In this document: in pieces, positions 18,376 through 30,611 of the stretch
Layout: each line of letters opens with the position of its first letter
How positions within the stretch are numbered: the first letter of the stretch is position 1
Source: an uncultured Mycoplasmatota bacterium
Lineage (GTDB): Bacteria; Bacillota_I; Bacilli_A; RF39; UBA660
DNA length: 64,000 nt
Reading direction: 5' to 3'
Assembly (NCBI GenBank): GCA_945872435.1
Contig: CAMBYP010000001.1
Span: forward strand, 544 to 64,543
Program-made: the position numbers and the translations under genes
Notes under the pieces: generated by a model
What the model was told of the DNA's origin: nothing
The model's input: only the letters and a program-made list of their open reading frames with translations
The model's database searches: none

Positions 18376-20475
18376 ATGAATTTAGATACATTAAATGAAC
18401 AACAAAAAGAGGCTGTAACTACAGTTAATGGACCACTTCTTGTGTTAGCAGGTGCTGGTAGTGGAAAAACAAGAGTATTAACAACACGTGTTGCTTATTT
18501 ATTAGAAGAAGTAGGAATTGCTCCTGAACAAATATTAGCAATTACTTTTACAAACAAAGCAGCGAAAGAAATGAAAGAAAGAATTATTCAAATGTTAGGT
18601 CCAATTGGATATCAAATTCAAATTTCAACATTTCATTCATTCGGTCTACTTATATTAAGGGAAAACTATGAAAAATTAAATTATGCAAAAAACTTTACAA
18701 TTTTAGATAGTGATGATACATTAACAGTTATCAAAAAAATTATGAAAGATATGGGATTGGATCCTAAAGAGTATAATCCTAGAGCAATAAAAAATAGAAT
18801 TAGTGGAGCGAAGAACGAATTATTATCACCTATGGAATATGAACGATTCGCACAGACTGATTTTGAAGAAAAAGTAGTAAAAATATATGAGAAGTATGAA
18901 CAGAAATTAAAACAGAATGATTCTGTAGATTTTGATGATTTATTGATGTTACCAATTCAATTATTTCAAAAATTTCCAGAAATTTTAAAATCATATCAAG
19001 AAAGATTTCAATATATATTAGTTGATGAGTATCAAGATACAAATGAGGCACAATATATTTTAATTAAAATGATTAGTGCAAAATATCGAAATATTTGTGT
19101 AGTAGGAGATAATGATCAAAGTATTTATTCATTTCGTGGAGCAAATTATCGTAATATATTAAATTTTGAAAAAGATTATAAAAATCCTAAAGTTATTATG
19201 CTAGAAGAAAATTATCGTTCTACAAAAACAATTTTAAATGCCGCTAATGATGTAATTCAAAATAATAAGCAAAGAAAAGATAAAAATTTATGGACCAATA
19301 ACGAAGATGGAGTAAAAATTCGCTATCATCGTGCATTAGATGAAAAAGATGAAGCCAATTATGTAATGAAAGAAATTGTACATCTGATTGAAAATCATAT
19401 TAAACCAGAAGATATTGCAATTTTATATCGAACGAATGCTCAATCTAGAAATATGGAAGATGTATTGCTAAGAGAAAATATTCCATATAAAGTAGTAGGA
19501 AGCTTTTACTTCTATAATAGAAAAGAAATTAAAGATTTAATTTCATATATGAAATTAATTTATAATCAACATGATGATGTTAGCTTACTTCGTATTATTA
19601 ATTCTCCAAAAAGAGGAATTGGTGCAAAAACAATTGAAAATTTAACAGAAAAAGCAAATGAACAAGGAAAATCTATTTTTGAGGTGATTGATTCTGGAAA
19701 GGAATTAGCTTTCAAACATATGATTGAGGATTTGATTATTCGTGAACAAAATTTATCATTAACAGAGTTGGTAGAAGAAATATTGATTAAATCTGGCATG
19801 AAGCAAGAATTAGTGAACGAAAAGTCAATGGAAGCAGATATTCGATTAGAAAACCTCGAAGAATTTAAAACAATTACAAAGAGTTTTGAAGAAAATAATG
19901 GGATTGTTTCGTTAGAAGAATTCTTAATGGAAATCAGTTTAGTTTCAGATGTTGAAGAACATAAAAATAATAATCATGTTGTAACTTTGATGACCGTTCA
20001 TTCAGCTAAAGGACTAGAGTTTGATTATGTATTTTTAATCGGTATGGAGGAAGGAATATTTCCACATAATAATTCATTTATGAACCCGGAAGATTTAGAA
20101 GAAGAAAGAAGACTTTGTTATGTGGCCATTACCAGAGCTAAAAAAAGTTTATGGTTGGTGAATGCAAGACGTCGAACAATATATGGTATGGAAAGTCAAA
20201 ATCCACCAAGTCGATTTATTGATGAAATAGATGCTAGTTATCTTGATAAAGACATAGAAGAAAAGAAAGAATTATTCCGTTTCTTCCCAAAAAAAGAAAC
20301 TCTAGTGGATAAAAATGCTGAATATCAAATTGGTGATCACATTATTCATAATCAATTTGGTGAAGGTGTAGTAGTAGGTGTAGATAAATCAATTTTAACC
20401 ATTGCTTTTCCTCATCCACATGGTATTAAAAAATTATTAAAAGGACATAAAAGTATACAAAAGAAGGGAGTATAG
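18376..20475 (+). CDS. pcrA: ATP-dependent DNA helicase PcrA (UvrD family)
   Basis: Motif I AGAGSGKT, motif II VDEYQDTN, and the C-terminal domain. 699 aa. Confidence 0.9.
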   Translation: MNLDTLNEQQKEAVTTVNGPLLVLAGAGSGKTRVLTTRVAYLLEEVGIAPEQILAITFTNKAAKEMKERIIQMLGPIGYQIQISTFHSFGLLILRENYEKLNYAKNFTILDSDDTLTVIKKIMKDMGLDPKEYNPRAIKNRISGAKNELLSPMEYERFAQTDFEEKVVKIYEKYEQKLKQNDSVDFDDLLMLPIQLFQKFPEILKSYQERFQYILVDEYQDTNEAQYILIKMISAKYRNICVVGDNDQSIYSFRGANYRNILNFEKDYKNPKVIMLEENYRSTKTILNAANDVIQNNKQRKDKNLWTNNEDGVKIRYHRALDEKDEANYVMKEIVHLIENHIKPEDIAILYRTNAQSRNMEDVLLRENIPYKVVGSFYFYNRKEIKDLISYMKLIYNQHDDVSLLRIINSPKRGIGAKTIENLTEKANEQGKSIFEVIDSGKELAFKHMIEDLIIREQNLSLTELVEEILIKSGMKQELVNEKSMEADIRLENLEEFKTITKSFEENNGIVSLEEFLMEISLVSDVEEHKNNNHVVTLMTVHSAKGLEFDYVFLIGMEEGIFPHNNSFMNPEDLEEERRLCYVAITRAKKSLWLVNARRRTIYGMESQNPPSRFIDEIDASYLDKDIEEKKELFRFFPKKETLVDKNAEYQIGDHIIHNQFGEGVVVGVDKSILTIAFPHPHGIKKLLKGHKSIQKKGV

Positions 20476-20479
20476 AGAT

Positions 20480-20641
20480 ATGTATATTATAAATATTGAA
20501 GAAGGATTAAATAATTTAATGAAACCAGTACAAAATTTTATGCAAGAGCATGGAGATAATCCTCTTGTTTGGTTTGCAATTTTTGGAATTGGAGCATTAG
20601 TCTTTTTTTGGACTTATTCATCATTACAAAAGGAGAAATAA
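20480..20641 (+). CDS. small membrane protein (53 aa), hypothetical
   Basis: GGAG RBS. One TM (WFAIFGIGALVFFWTY). Packed between pcrA and the next gene with 2-4 bp spacers. Not in the ORF track because of its size. Confidence 0.35.
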   Translation: MYIINIEEGLNNLMKPVQNFMQEHGDNPLVWFAIFGIGALVFFWTYSSLQKEK

Positions 20642-20643
20642 AA

Positions 20644-21549
20644 ATGAAAGATAAAACTTTATTAATTTTAGCGGCAGGAATGGGAAGTCGCTTTGGAGGA
20701 TTAAAACAAATTGAACCTGTTGGACCAAATGGAGAATTTATGATTGATTACTCTATTTATGATGCAATTAAAGCAGGGTTTACTAAAGTAGTATTTGTAA
20801 TTAAAAAAGAAAATTTTGAAATTTTTAAAGAAACAATTGGAAAAAGAGTAGAAGATAAAATTCCTGTTGAATATGTTTTCCAAGACATCAATGATGTTCC
20901 TAATAACATTGTTTTTCCAAGTGAACGTGTAAAACCATTAGGAACTACACATGCAATTTTAGCAGCACGTCATGTTATACATGAACCATTTATTACAATC
21001 AACGCAGATGATTTTTATGGTAGTGACGCATATTTACAGGCATCTAGTTTTATGAATAGACAAAAACCAAATGAATATGCAGTAATTACTTATCATGTTG
21101 CTAATACATTAACAGAAAATGGATCAGTGAAGCGTGGAGTTTGTAAAGTAGAAGATGAAGGTCTTGTACAAATCATTGAAAGTTCTATTGAAAGAAAGAA
21201 TAGTAACATTATTGCAACTCCATTAGATGGAAGTGATGCGATGACATTGCATGAAGATACTCCGGTTTCTATGAATATGTTTGTATTTCAACCTGATGTT
21301 TTTGAATATTTAGAGAATCATTTTTATGATTTTTATCAAAAAAATCAAGAACAATTATTGACTTGTGAATATTTAATTCCTGATTCTGTAATGGATATGA
21401 TTCGTGATAAATATGCTTTTGTAAAAGCAATACCTACTTTTGCAAAATGGTATGGAGTTACTTATAAGGAAGATACAGAAGCAGTGAAACAATCTATTCA
21501 AAAATTAGTTCAAGAAGGAAGTTATCCAAATCATTTATGGGAAAAATAG
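20644..21549 (+). CDS. sugar-phosphate nucleotidyltransferase-like protein (NTP_transferase fold)
   Basis: LILAAGMGSRFGG glycine-rich loop and KPLGTTHA. 301 aa from the ATG at 20644. Confidence 0.55.
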   Translation: MKDKTLLILAAGMGSRFGGLKQIEPVGPNGEFMIDYSIYDAIKAGFTKVVFVIKKENFEIFKETIGKRVEDKIPVEYVFQDINDVPNNIVFPSERVKPLGTTHAILAARHVIHEPFITINADDFYGSDAYLQASSFMNRQKPNEYAVITYHVANTLTENGSVKRGVCKVEDEGLVQIIESSIERKNSNIIATPLDGSDAMTLHEDTPVSMNMFVFQPDVFEYLENHFYDFYQKNQEQLLTCEYLIPDSVMDMIRDKYAFVKAIPTFAKWYGVTYKEDTEAVKQSIQKLVQEGSYPNHLWEK

Positions 21550-21585
21550 TTAAATTTATTTAACTATTTTTTTATAATATAATAG

Positions 21586-23607
<2,022 letters not shown>

Positions 23608-23702
23608 TATGTTGTCAATGAAATGACATAATATTTGAATAAATATGCATGATTTTATATTTTGTGTTATACTATAAAAGGATACTAAAGGAGGTTAGAA
23701 TT

Positions 23703-25931
23703 ATGGAAGCATGGAGAAATTTTAAAGGAGAAAAATGGAAAAATACTATTGATGTACGTGACTTTATTATGAGTAACGTTACTTCATATACTGGTGATGA
23801 ATCATTTTTAGCTAGTAGTACTGAAAAGACAAAAAAAGTATGGAATATACTAGAAGAAAAAATGAAAATAGAACTTGATAAAGGAATATATGATGTTGAT
23901 ACAAAAACAATATCAGGTATTGATGCATATAATCCTGGATATATTTCAAAAGATGATGAAGTGATTGTTGGACTTCAAACAGATGAAGCATTAAAAAGAA
24001 TTTGCAATCCATGGGGTGGAATTCGTATGGTAGAAAGTTCTTTAAATGCTTATGGATATGAAATTGATCCACAAATGAAAGAAATTTTTACAAAATATCG
24101 TAAAACGCATAATCAAGGAGTATTCGACGCTTATACACCTGATATTCGTGCAGCTCGTCATGCTGGATTATTAACAGGTCTTCCAGATGCATATGGAAGA
24201 GGTAGAATTATTGGTGATTATCGACGTATTGCTCTTTATGGAATTGATCGTTTAATAGAGGGCAAAAAATATGATCAAAGTCAACTTGATGATGTAGAAA
24301 AAACTTCTTCTGTAATTCGTATGAGAGAAGAATTAACAGAGCAAATTAATGCCTTAGAAGAAATTAAATCAATGGCAAGTAAATATGGTTTTGATATATC
24401 AAAACCTGCTACTAATGCGAAAGAAGCTGCTCAATGGTTATATTTTGGATATTTAGCTGCTATTAAAGAAAATAATGGTGCGGCTATGAGTTTAGGACGT
24501 ACTTCTACATTCTTAGATATTTATATTGAAAGAGATTTACAAGAAGGAACATTAGATGAAATATCTGCTCAAGAAATTATTGATCAGTTTATTATTAAAC
24601 TTCGTATTGCACGTCACTTAAGAACACCAGAATATAATGACTTATTTGCTGGAGATCCAACATGGGTTACAGAATCATTAGGCGGAATGGCTGAAGATGG
24701 AAGAACACTTGTTACTAAAACATCTTTTAGATATTTACATACACTTACTAATCTAGGACCTGCTCCAGAACCAAATATGACAGTTTTATGGAGTAGAGAA
24801 CTTCCAGAAGCATGGAAAGATTATTGTGCAAAAATGTCAATTGAAACAGATGCATTACAATATGAAAGTGATGATTTAATGAGACCAATTTATGGTGATG
24901 ATTATGCCATTGCTTGTTGTGTATCTGCTATGAAGGTAGGAAAACAAATGCAATATTTTGGAGCACGTTGTAATTTAGCAAAATCACTATTATATGCAAT
25001 TAATGGTGGTGTTGATGAAATGAAAAAAACACTAGTTTTAAAAGATGTTCCAAAAATCACAAGCGAAGTTTTAGACTATGATGAAGTAAAAACTGCATAT
25101 TATAAAGTATTAGAAAAAGTAGCTAAAATTTATGTAGATGCAATGAATACAATTCATTACATGCATGATAAATATGCATATGAAAAATCACAAATGGCTT
25201 TACATGATACAAATGTAGAAAGACTTATGGCTTTTGGTGTTGCTGGACTTAGTGTTGCAGTAGATAGCTTATCAGCAATTAAATATGCTAAAGTAAAACC
25301 AATTCGTGATGAAGATGGAATTACAACAGATTTTGAAATCGAAGGAGATTATCCAAAATATGGAAATGATGATGATAGAGTAGATTGTATTGCTGTTGAC
25401 TTAACTGAAAAATTTATTTCAGAATTAAAGAAACATGAATTATATAGAAATGCTCATCATACATTATCTGTACTTACTATTACTTCTAATGTAGTATATG
25501 GTAAAAAAACAGGTGCTACACCTGATGGAAGAAAAGCTGGAGTTGCCTTTGCACCAGGAGCTAATCCAATGCATGGAAGAGATTCAAGTGGTGCTTTAGC
25601 ATCTTTAAACTCAGTTGCTAAAATAGAATATAGAGATGTATGTCAAGATGGAATTTCTAATACGTTCTCTATTGTTCCAAATGCACTTGGTAAAGATGAA
25701 AAAGAACGTATTAAGAAATTGGTAGCACTTTTAGATGGTTATTTTAAACAAGGTGCTCATCATTTAAACGTAAATGTATTTAATAGAGATACGTTAATTG
25801 ATGCGATGGATCATCCAGATGAATATCCTACTCTTACAATTCGTGTTAGTGGGTATGCAGTTCATTTCAATCGCCTTAGTAAAGAACAACAATTAGAAGT
25901 AATCAATAGAACATTCCATGAGACTATATAA
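23703..25931 (+). CDS. pflB: formate C-acetyltransferase (pyruvate formate-lyase)
   Basis: Active-site Cys-Cys (IACCVSAMK), glycyl radical motif RVSGYAV. GGAGG RBS. Confidence 0.9.
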   Translation: MEAWRNFKGEKWKNTIDVRDFIMSNVTSYTGDESFLASSTEKTKKVWNILEEKMKIELDKGIYDVDTKTISGIDAYNPGYISKDDEVIVGLQTDEALKRICNPWGGIRMVESSLNAYGYEIDPQMKEIFTKYRKTHNQGVFDAYTPDIRAARHAGLLTGLPDAYGRGRIIGDYRRIALYGIDRLIEGKKYDQSQLDDVEKTSSVIRMREELTEQINALEEIKSMASKYGFDISKPATNAKEAAQWLYFGYLAAIKENNGAAMSLGRTSTFLDIYIERDLQEGTLDEISAQEIIDQFIIKLRIARHLRTPEYNDLFAGDPTWVTESLGGMAEDGRTLVTKTSFRYLHTLTNLGPAPEPNMTVLWSRELPEAWKDYCAKMSIETDALQYESDDLMRPIYGDDYAIACCVSAMKVGKQMQYFGARCNLAKSLLYAINGGVDEMKKTLVLKDVPKITSEVLDYDEVKTAYYKVLEKVAKIYVDAMNTIHYMHDKYAYEKSQMALHDTNVERLMAFGVAGLSVAVDSLSAIKYAKVKPIRDEDGITTDFEIEGDYPKYGNDDDRVDCIAVDLTEKFISELKKHELYRNAHHTLSVLTITSNVVYGKKTGATPDGRKAGVAFAPGANPMHGRDSSGALASLNSVAKIEYRDVCQDGISNTFSIVPNALGKDEKERIKKLVALLDGYFKQGAHHLNVNVFNRDTLIDAMDHPDEYPTLTIRVSGYAVHFNRLSKEQQLEVINRTFHETI

Positions 25932-25933
25932 TA

Positions 25934-26647
25934 ATGGTAAAAGGTAGTATTGATTCAGTTGAAACAATGGGCTTAGTAGATGGCCCAGGAATTCGTTATG
26001 TTGTATTTATGCAAGGGTGTAAATTACGTTGTTTATTTTGTCATAATCCAGAGACTTGGAATATGGAAGATAAAAATTTAACAACGCCAGAAGAATTAGT
26101 AGCAAAAATAAAAAAATATAAAAACTATTTTGGAGATGAAGGTGGTATCACTTTTTCAGGAGGTGATCCTCTTTGTCAGCCAGAGTTTTTATTAGAATGT
26201 TTAAAGCTTTGTAAACAAGAAAATATTCATACTTGTCTTGATACATCTGGTGTAGGAATTAAGGAAGATCTTCATCAAGAAATATTAAGATATACAGATT
26301 TAGTGATTTTAGACATTAAAGCATTAAATAATGATTCATATGTCAAAATGGTAGGACAACCAATCAAATCATATTTAAAATTTTTAGATTTATGTCAAAA
26401 AATGAATAAAAAATTATGGTTAAGACAAGTAATTGTACCAGGAATTAATGATACGGAAGATTATATTTTACAGTTAAAAAAATTTATAAAAACAATAAAA
26501 AATGTAGAAAGTGTAGAATTACTTCCATATCATTTATATGGTGTTGAAAAATATAAAAAATTAGGAATTCCATATAGATTGGAAGGAGTTCCTGCTATGA
26601 AAAATGAAGCAATTGAAAAGTTAAATCAAATTTTACAAGAGAATTAG
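25934..26647 (+). CDS. pflA: pyruvate formate-lyase activating enzyme (radical SAM)
   Basis: GLVDGPGIR...FMQGCKLRCLFCHNPE (CxxxCxxC cluster). Immediately downstream of pflB. Confidence 0.85.
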   Translation: MVKGSIDSVETMGLVDGPGIRYVVFMQGCKLRCLFCHNPETWNMEDKNLTTPEELVAKIKKYKNYFGDEGGITFSGGDPLCQPEFLLECLKLCKQENIHTCLDTSGVGIKEDLHQEILRYTDLVILDIKALNNDSYVKMVGQPIKSYLKFLDLCQKMNKKLWLRQVIVPGINDTEDYILQLKKFIKTIKNVESVELLPYHLYGVEKYKKLGIPYRLEGVPAMKNEAIEKLNQILQEN

Positions 26648-26697
26648 GTTACTAGTTCTTTTTTATGTTATACTTAAATAGTAAGGAGTGGATACTT

Positions 26698-27150
26698 GTG
26701 GAAAAGAAATGGGATACAAAAGAAGAAAAAGATTTATATTTTCAAAAAAGAAAAAAATATACAAAATGGATTGTGATTGGTTATGTGTTTTTTATTTTTA
26801 TTTTTGTTGGTGCAATCATTTATTCTATATTTTCAATATTAGAAAATACATCAAAAAAATTTATTGGAACATGGAATTGTAATCAAGGTCAAGCTGTATT
26901 AAGAATCGATTCTAAAACTTTAAAATTTTATGAAAATGATAACAATAATTTATCAAGTAATTATTTTGTAAATCAACATAATTCGCATTTTAATAATCAA
27001 ACTAAACAAGAAATTTGGCATATATCAATGAAAGATGGCAATGATGATATTTCAGCAATCATCACTATGAATGATAATGATATAAGTAAGTTACAATTTC
27101 AATCACAAACCAAATCATATATATGTGTTCAAATGAATGAAAATATATAA
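26698..27150 (+). CDS. hypothetical membrane-anchored protein
   Basis: GTG start with an AAGGAG RBS. One TM, then a Asn-rich soluble domain. Confidence 0.4.
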   Translation: MEKKWDTKEEKDLYFQKRKKYTKWIVIGYVFFIFIFVGAIIYSIFSILENTSKKFIGTWNCNQGQAVLRIDSKTLKFYENDNNNLSSNYFVNQHNSHFNNQTKQEIWHISMKDGNDDISAIITMNDNDISKLQFQSQTKSYICVQMNENI

Positions 27151-27159
27151 GGAGGTATT

Positions 27160-27633
27160 ATGAAAGAAATTATTGATATTTTAATAAATAAAAAACAGAC
27201 TATTTCTGTAATGGAATCATGTACAGGTGGAATGGTTGCGAACGAAATTACGAATATTCCAGGTGCAAGTGAAGTATTTCAGTTAGGAATCGTTAGTTAC
27301 TCTAATCATATGAAAGAAAAATATGGAATTGATTCAAAATTGATTGAAACGTATACTGTATATAGTATGGAAGTTGCCAAAGAAATGGCTAGGCTTGCTA
27401 CTGTCAATGGCGAAAGTGATTATGGAGTTGGAATTACTGGAACGTTAAATAGACAAGATCCTAATAATCCTACTGACAAAATGAATATGGTTTATTTTGC
27501 AATTTATGATAAAAATAAAAATATTTATGTAGAACAAACATTGAGTGTATCATCTTTAGATAGAGAAGAGAATAAAAAATTAATATTACGTTTATTGACT
27601 ATGAAATTAAGTAGTTATTTAAAGGAAAAATAA
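27160..27633 (+). CDS. CinA C-terminal domain protein (nicotinamide-nucleotide amidohydrolase PncC-like)
   Basis: SVMESCTGGMVA motif. 157 aa. Adjacent to nadK. Confidence 0.75.
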   Translation: MKEIIDILINKKQTISVMESCTGGMVANEITNIPGASEVFQLGIVSYSNHMKEKYGIDSKLIETYTVYSMEVAKEMARLATVNGESDYGVGITGTLNRQDPNNPTDKMNMVYFAIYDKNKNIYVEQTLSVSSLDREENKKLILRLLTMKLSSYLKEK

Positions 27634-27642
27634 GGTGGTATT

Positions 27643-28464
27643 ATGAATCAAAAAATAAGAAAAGTAAATATATATTCTAATTATAAAGGAGAAAGTCAAA
27701 AAGTTGTATCAATATTAAAGAAAAAGCTACATGAACATGGCTTTCAAATTGATAAAAAACATTTTGATTTAGGCATTGCAGTAGGCGGAGATGGAACTTT
27801 TTTAAAAATGGTTCATGATACAAAATTTAATCCTAATATTTATTATGCAGGAATTCATACTGGAACTTTAGGATTTCTTCAAGAAATTAATCCAAAAGAA
27901 ATAGATTTATTCTTAAATAAATTAGAGAAAAACGAATTATTAGAAGAAAAGATAAGTATTCAGAAAACGGTAGTTGAAGGAGTTAGAACGATTGAATTAT
28001 ATTCTTTAAATGAAATTGTAATTAGACAAATGGATTTAAAAACATCTCGATTAAATATTTATATTAATCGTCAGTTTTTAGAACAATTTGTAGGGGATGG
28101 TGTCCTGATTTCTACAACAGTAGGTTCTACTGCATATAATTTAAGTGTAAATGGTGCAATTGTTGATGCTTCTATTCATACATTACAGTTGACTCCATTA
28201 TCACCATTAAATAATCGTGCTTATCGTAATTTATTAAATTCATTAATATTACCAGAACATAAAACCATTACAATTATTCCGAGTGGTGATATTCAAGATA
28301 AAAATTCTAATTTAATGATTGTAGTAGATGGTATTGTAAAAAAGTATCATCATGTAAAACAGTTAAAAACTACTGTTTCTTCTAAGAGAATTACAAGGCT
28401 GAAATTACCGAATCATCATTTTTATACAAAAGTACATGAAAAATTTTTAGAACAAAGTATATAA
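27643..28464 (+). CDS. nadK: NAD kinase
   Basis: GGDGT motif (GIAVGGDGTFL), the NE/D motif. 273 aa. Confidence 0.8.
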   Translation: MNQKIRKVNIYSNYKGESQKVVSILKKKLHEHGFQIDKKHFDLGIAVGGDGTFLKMVHDTKFNPNIYYAGIHTGTLGFLQEINPKEIDLFLNKLEKNELLEEKISIQKTVVEGVRTIELYSLNEIVIRQMDLKTSRLNIYINRQFLEQFVGDGVLISTTVGSTAYNLSVNGAIVDASIHTLQLTPLSPLNNRAYRNLLNSLILPEHKTITIIPSGDIQDKNSNLMIVVDGIVKKYHHVKQLKTTVSSKRITRLKLPNHHFYTKVHEKFLEQSI

Positions 28465-28466
28465 AA

Positions 28467-28494
28467 ATAACGGCGCAAAAGCGTCGTTATTTTG
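28467..28494. terminator. bidirectional intrinsic terminator (convergent genes)
   Basis: ataacggcgc aaaa gcgtcgttat hairpin plus a T-run. It overlaps the 3' end of the minus-strand phosphoesterase ORF. Confidence 0.55.
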
Positions 28495-29455
28495 TAAGTC
28501 GATATAAATTGATAGATGGCTTATTTAAAAAACGATATGGAATATTAGAGGTTCCTAAACCATTTGAAATCATGAGTTTTGTACCCTCTAAGTCGTATGA
28601 AGGCTCTGTATATTTAGTAGCACCTTTTTTCTTCATAATACCACCAATACCAGGAAGTTGAATTTGTCCGTTCATAGAGTGCCCAGCTAAGATGAGTTGA
28701 AATTTGTGATAATTGATCTCATCAATATAATCTGGTTCATGTATTAATAAAACTTGATAGATAGGATTATTAATACCGTATAAACGATTACCATTTTGAT
28801 CTACAGTAGGTAGTGTTGCATCAATTTTATCTTCAATTGGTTTAATTTTAGTTGTAATCATGTCTTTTTCTTTTATATTACTACTCAATCCACTAATCAT
28901 GATAGGACTGCCATAACCGTTATATATGAAATCAGAAGAGTTATTTAAATTAATAAAATTACTGTTTTTAATCACAGTTTCCCATTCCGTTTTTTTATCA
29001 TCTTCGTCTCCAGAAATTGCATATTTATTGGTTGTTACTTCTATTTTAGATAATTCTGTTTCTAAAATTTCTAATTCTTGATTATCATATTCAATATCTT
29101 CATCTAACAAATCACCCGTTAATACAACTACATCAGGTTTTAATTGATTGATTTTTTTTACTAAATTTTTTAAATCATTTTGATCTACAGTGGTTAGATA
29201 ATGAATATCAGTTACATGAATGATCTTAAAACCATGAAAATTTTTTTCAAACAATTTGTTTTGTATTTTATATTCATGAATCTGTAATCCCTTTGTTGCA
29301 ATAAAACGACTATATAAAACAGTTCCAACTCCTAAAAGAATTAGAACTAGAAAAAAAATAATGAAATTTTTAATCATGGATTTTTTCTTTTTATGGCTAG
29401 AACGCATAATTATCACCATATTTATTTTATCATATTTTATAAAGATTGAAATCAA
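28487..29455 (-). CDS. membrane-anchored metallophosphoesterase (calcineurin-like)
   Basis: VTDIHY, GDLLD and GH motifs. N-terminal TM. Confidence 0.7.
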   Translation of the reverse strand: MISIFIKYDKINMVIIMRSSHKKKKSMIKNFIIFFLVLILLGVGTVLYSRFIATKGLQIHEYKIQNKLFEKNFHGFKIIHVTDIHYLTTVDQNDLKNLVKKINQLKPDVVVLTGDLLDEDIEYDNQELEILETELSKIEVTTNKYAISGDEDDKKTEWETVIKNSNFINLNNSSDFIYNGYGSPIMISGLSSNIKEKDMITTKIKPIEDKIDATLPTVDQNGNRLYGINNPIYQVLLIHEPDYIDEINYHKFQLILAGHSMNGQIQLPGIGGIMKKKGATKYTEPSYDLEGTKLMISNGLGTSNIPYRFLNKPSINLYRLTK

Positions 29456-29485
29456 AAAAGAAAAGGTACTTTACACTTTTCTTTT

Positions 29486-30208
29486 TTACATAAAAATCAT
29501 TGTTAAAAATTGAATACTCATTAAAATACCATTATGGAAGGTATGAATACCGGCAGTTACTAAAACATTATCAGTTTTTGTTAAGATATTTGCGAAAATA
29601 AGACCAGGAATACTATATGGAATAATATATAATAATTCTAAAGGTGATTGCATTGGGTTTAAAAAAACATGTAATCCGCCAAATACAAAACCAGAAACAA
29701 TAATAAATAAGACATCATTTTTAATGATATTTCTAATTCCTCTTCGGAATACAAGTTCTTCCATAATTGGTGCAATAATTACAGAAGAAAAATAAATATA
29801 AAATGGTGCTGTTTGAAATGTAGAACGTATTAGTTGCTCATTTTCTGGTAAAGAGGTACTATTACCAAATAGTTGCATAATTCCTAGTATCATAGAATTT
29901 GAAAACATCATGAGTCCTAACATTAAAAACCAGTAAGGAAAATATTTTTTGAAATAAATTTGATGATTCTTTTTTATATCTTCGATATCTTTTTTAAAAC
30001 TAGTTTTTAAAATATAAATAATCAATGCTAATAAAAGTGTTTGATATAAAATTAAATATATTGTTTTTATGGTAATAGATAACTTATCAATATCAATTCC
30101 AAGAAGTAGGAATGGTAAGGTTTCTATATAAGAAAAAAAGAAATAGCAAAATATGGTAAGTAGTCCTAATCCTGCTTGTTTTAAGTAAGTTTTATTTATT
30201 CTTTTCAT
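29486..30208 (-). CDS. CPBP family intramembrane metalloprotease (CAAX protease-like)
   Basis: EELVFRRG and FGGLH motifs. Multi-TM. Confidence 0.7.
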   Translation of the reverse strand: MKRINKTYLKQAGLGLLTIFCYFFFSYIETLPFLLLGIDIDKLSITIKTIYLILYQTLLLALIIYILKTSFKKDIEDIKKNHQIYFKKYFPYWFLMLGLMMFSNSMILGIMQLFGNSTSLPENEQLIRSTFQTAPFYIYFSSVIIAPIMEELVFRRGIRNIIKNDVLFIIVSGFVFGGLHVFLNPMQSPLELLYIIPYSIPGLIFANILTKTDNVLVTAGIHTFHNGILMSIQFLTMIFM

Positions 30209-30316
30209 GAAAATACCTGCTTTCTATTACTATTATAACAAAATATTATTTATAAAATCATAAAAAATTATGAAATTTCATAAATTTATGATATAATGTT
30301 TTCAGTGATTACAGCG

Positions 30317-30345
30317 AAGAGTGGGCATTTCCCACTCTTTCGATT
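30317..30345 (+). promoter_or_regulatory. leader hairpin upstream of rimP-nusA (candidate attenuator)
   Basis: aagagtggg-cattt-cccactctt stem-loop followed by a tcgattt U-rich tract. It lies between a TATAAT-like -10 (about 30288) and the rimP start. Confidence 0.35.
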
Positions 30346-30358
30346 TAATGGAGGTATT

Positions 30359-30610
30359 ATGGAAATAGGAGAAATTCGCAAATTATTTGAAAATATTATT
30401 GAAGAAAACGGTTATATTTTAGATGAGGTATTATATGTAAAAGAAGATGGTATGAATTTTTTAAGAGTAGTCATTGATAAAGAAGGAATCATTGATGTAG
30501 ATGATTGTGTAAAAGTAAGTAAATTAATTAATCCCATTTTAGATGAAGAAGATCCAATTGAAGAAAATTATATTTTAGACGTATGTTCTAAAGAGAAAGG
30601 TTGTGAATAA
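30359..30610 (+). CDS. rimP: ribosome maturation factor RimP (short form; N-terminal domain only)
   Basis: Resembles the RimP N-domain (FLRVVIDKEGIIDVDDCVKVSKLINPILDEEDPI). The stop overlaps the nusA start region. Confidence 0.6.
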   Translation: MEIGEIRKLFENIIEENGYILDEVLYVKEDGMNFLRVVIDKEGIIDVDDCVKVSKLINPILDEEDPIEENYILDVCSKEKGCE

Positions 30611-30611
30611 C

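Noticed and set aside
30359-30610. RimP apparently truncated by a frameshift
   Set aside because: The ORF ends with a clean TAA overlapping the nusA start region. I did not see a plausible RimP C-domain in the alternate frames. I kept it as a short-form RimP rather than a pseudogene, and flagged it for checking.
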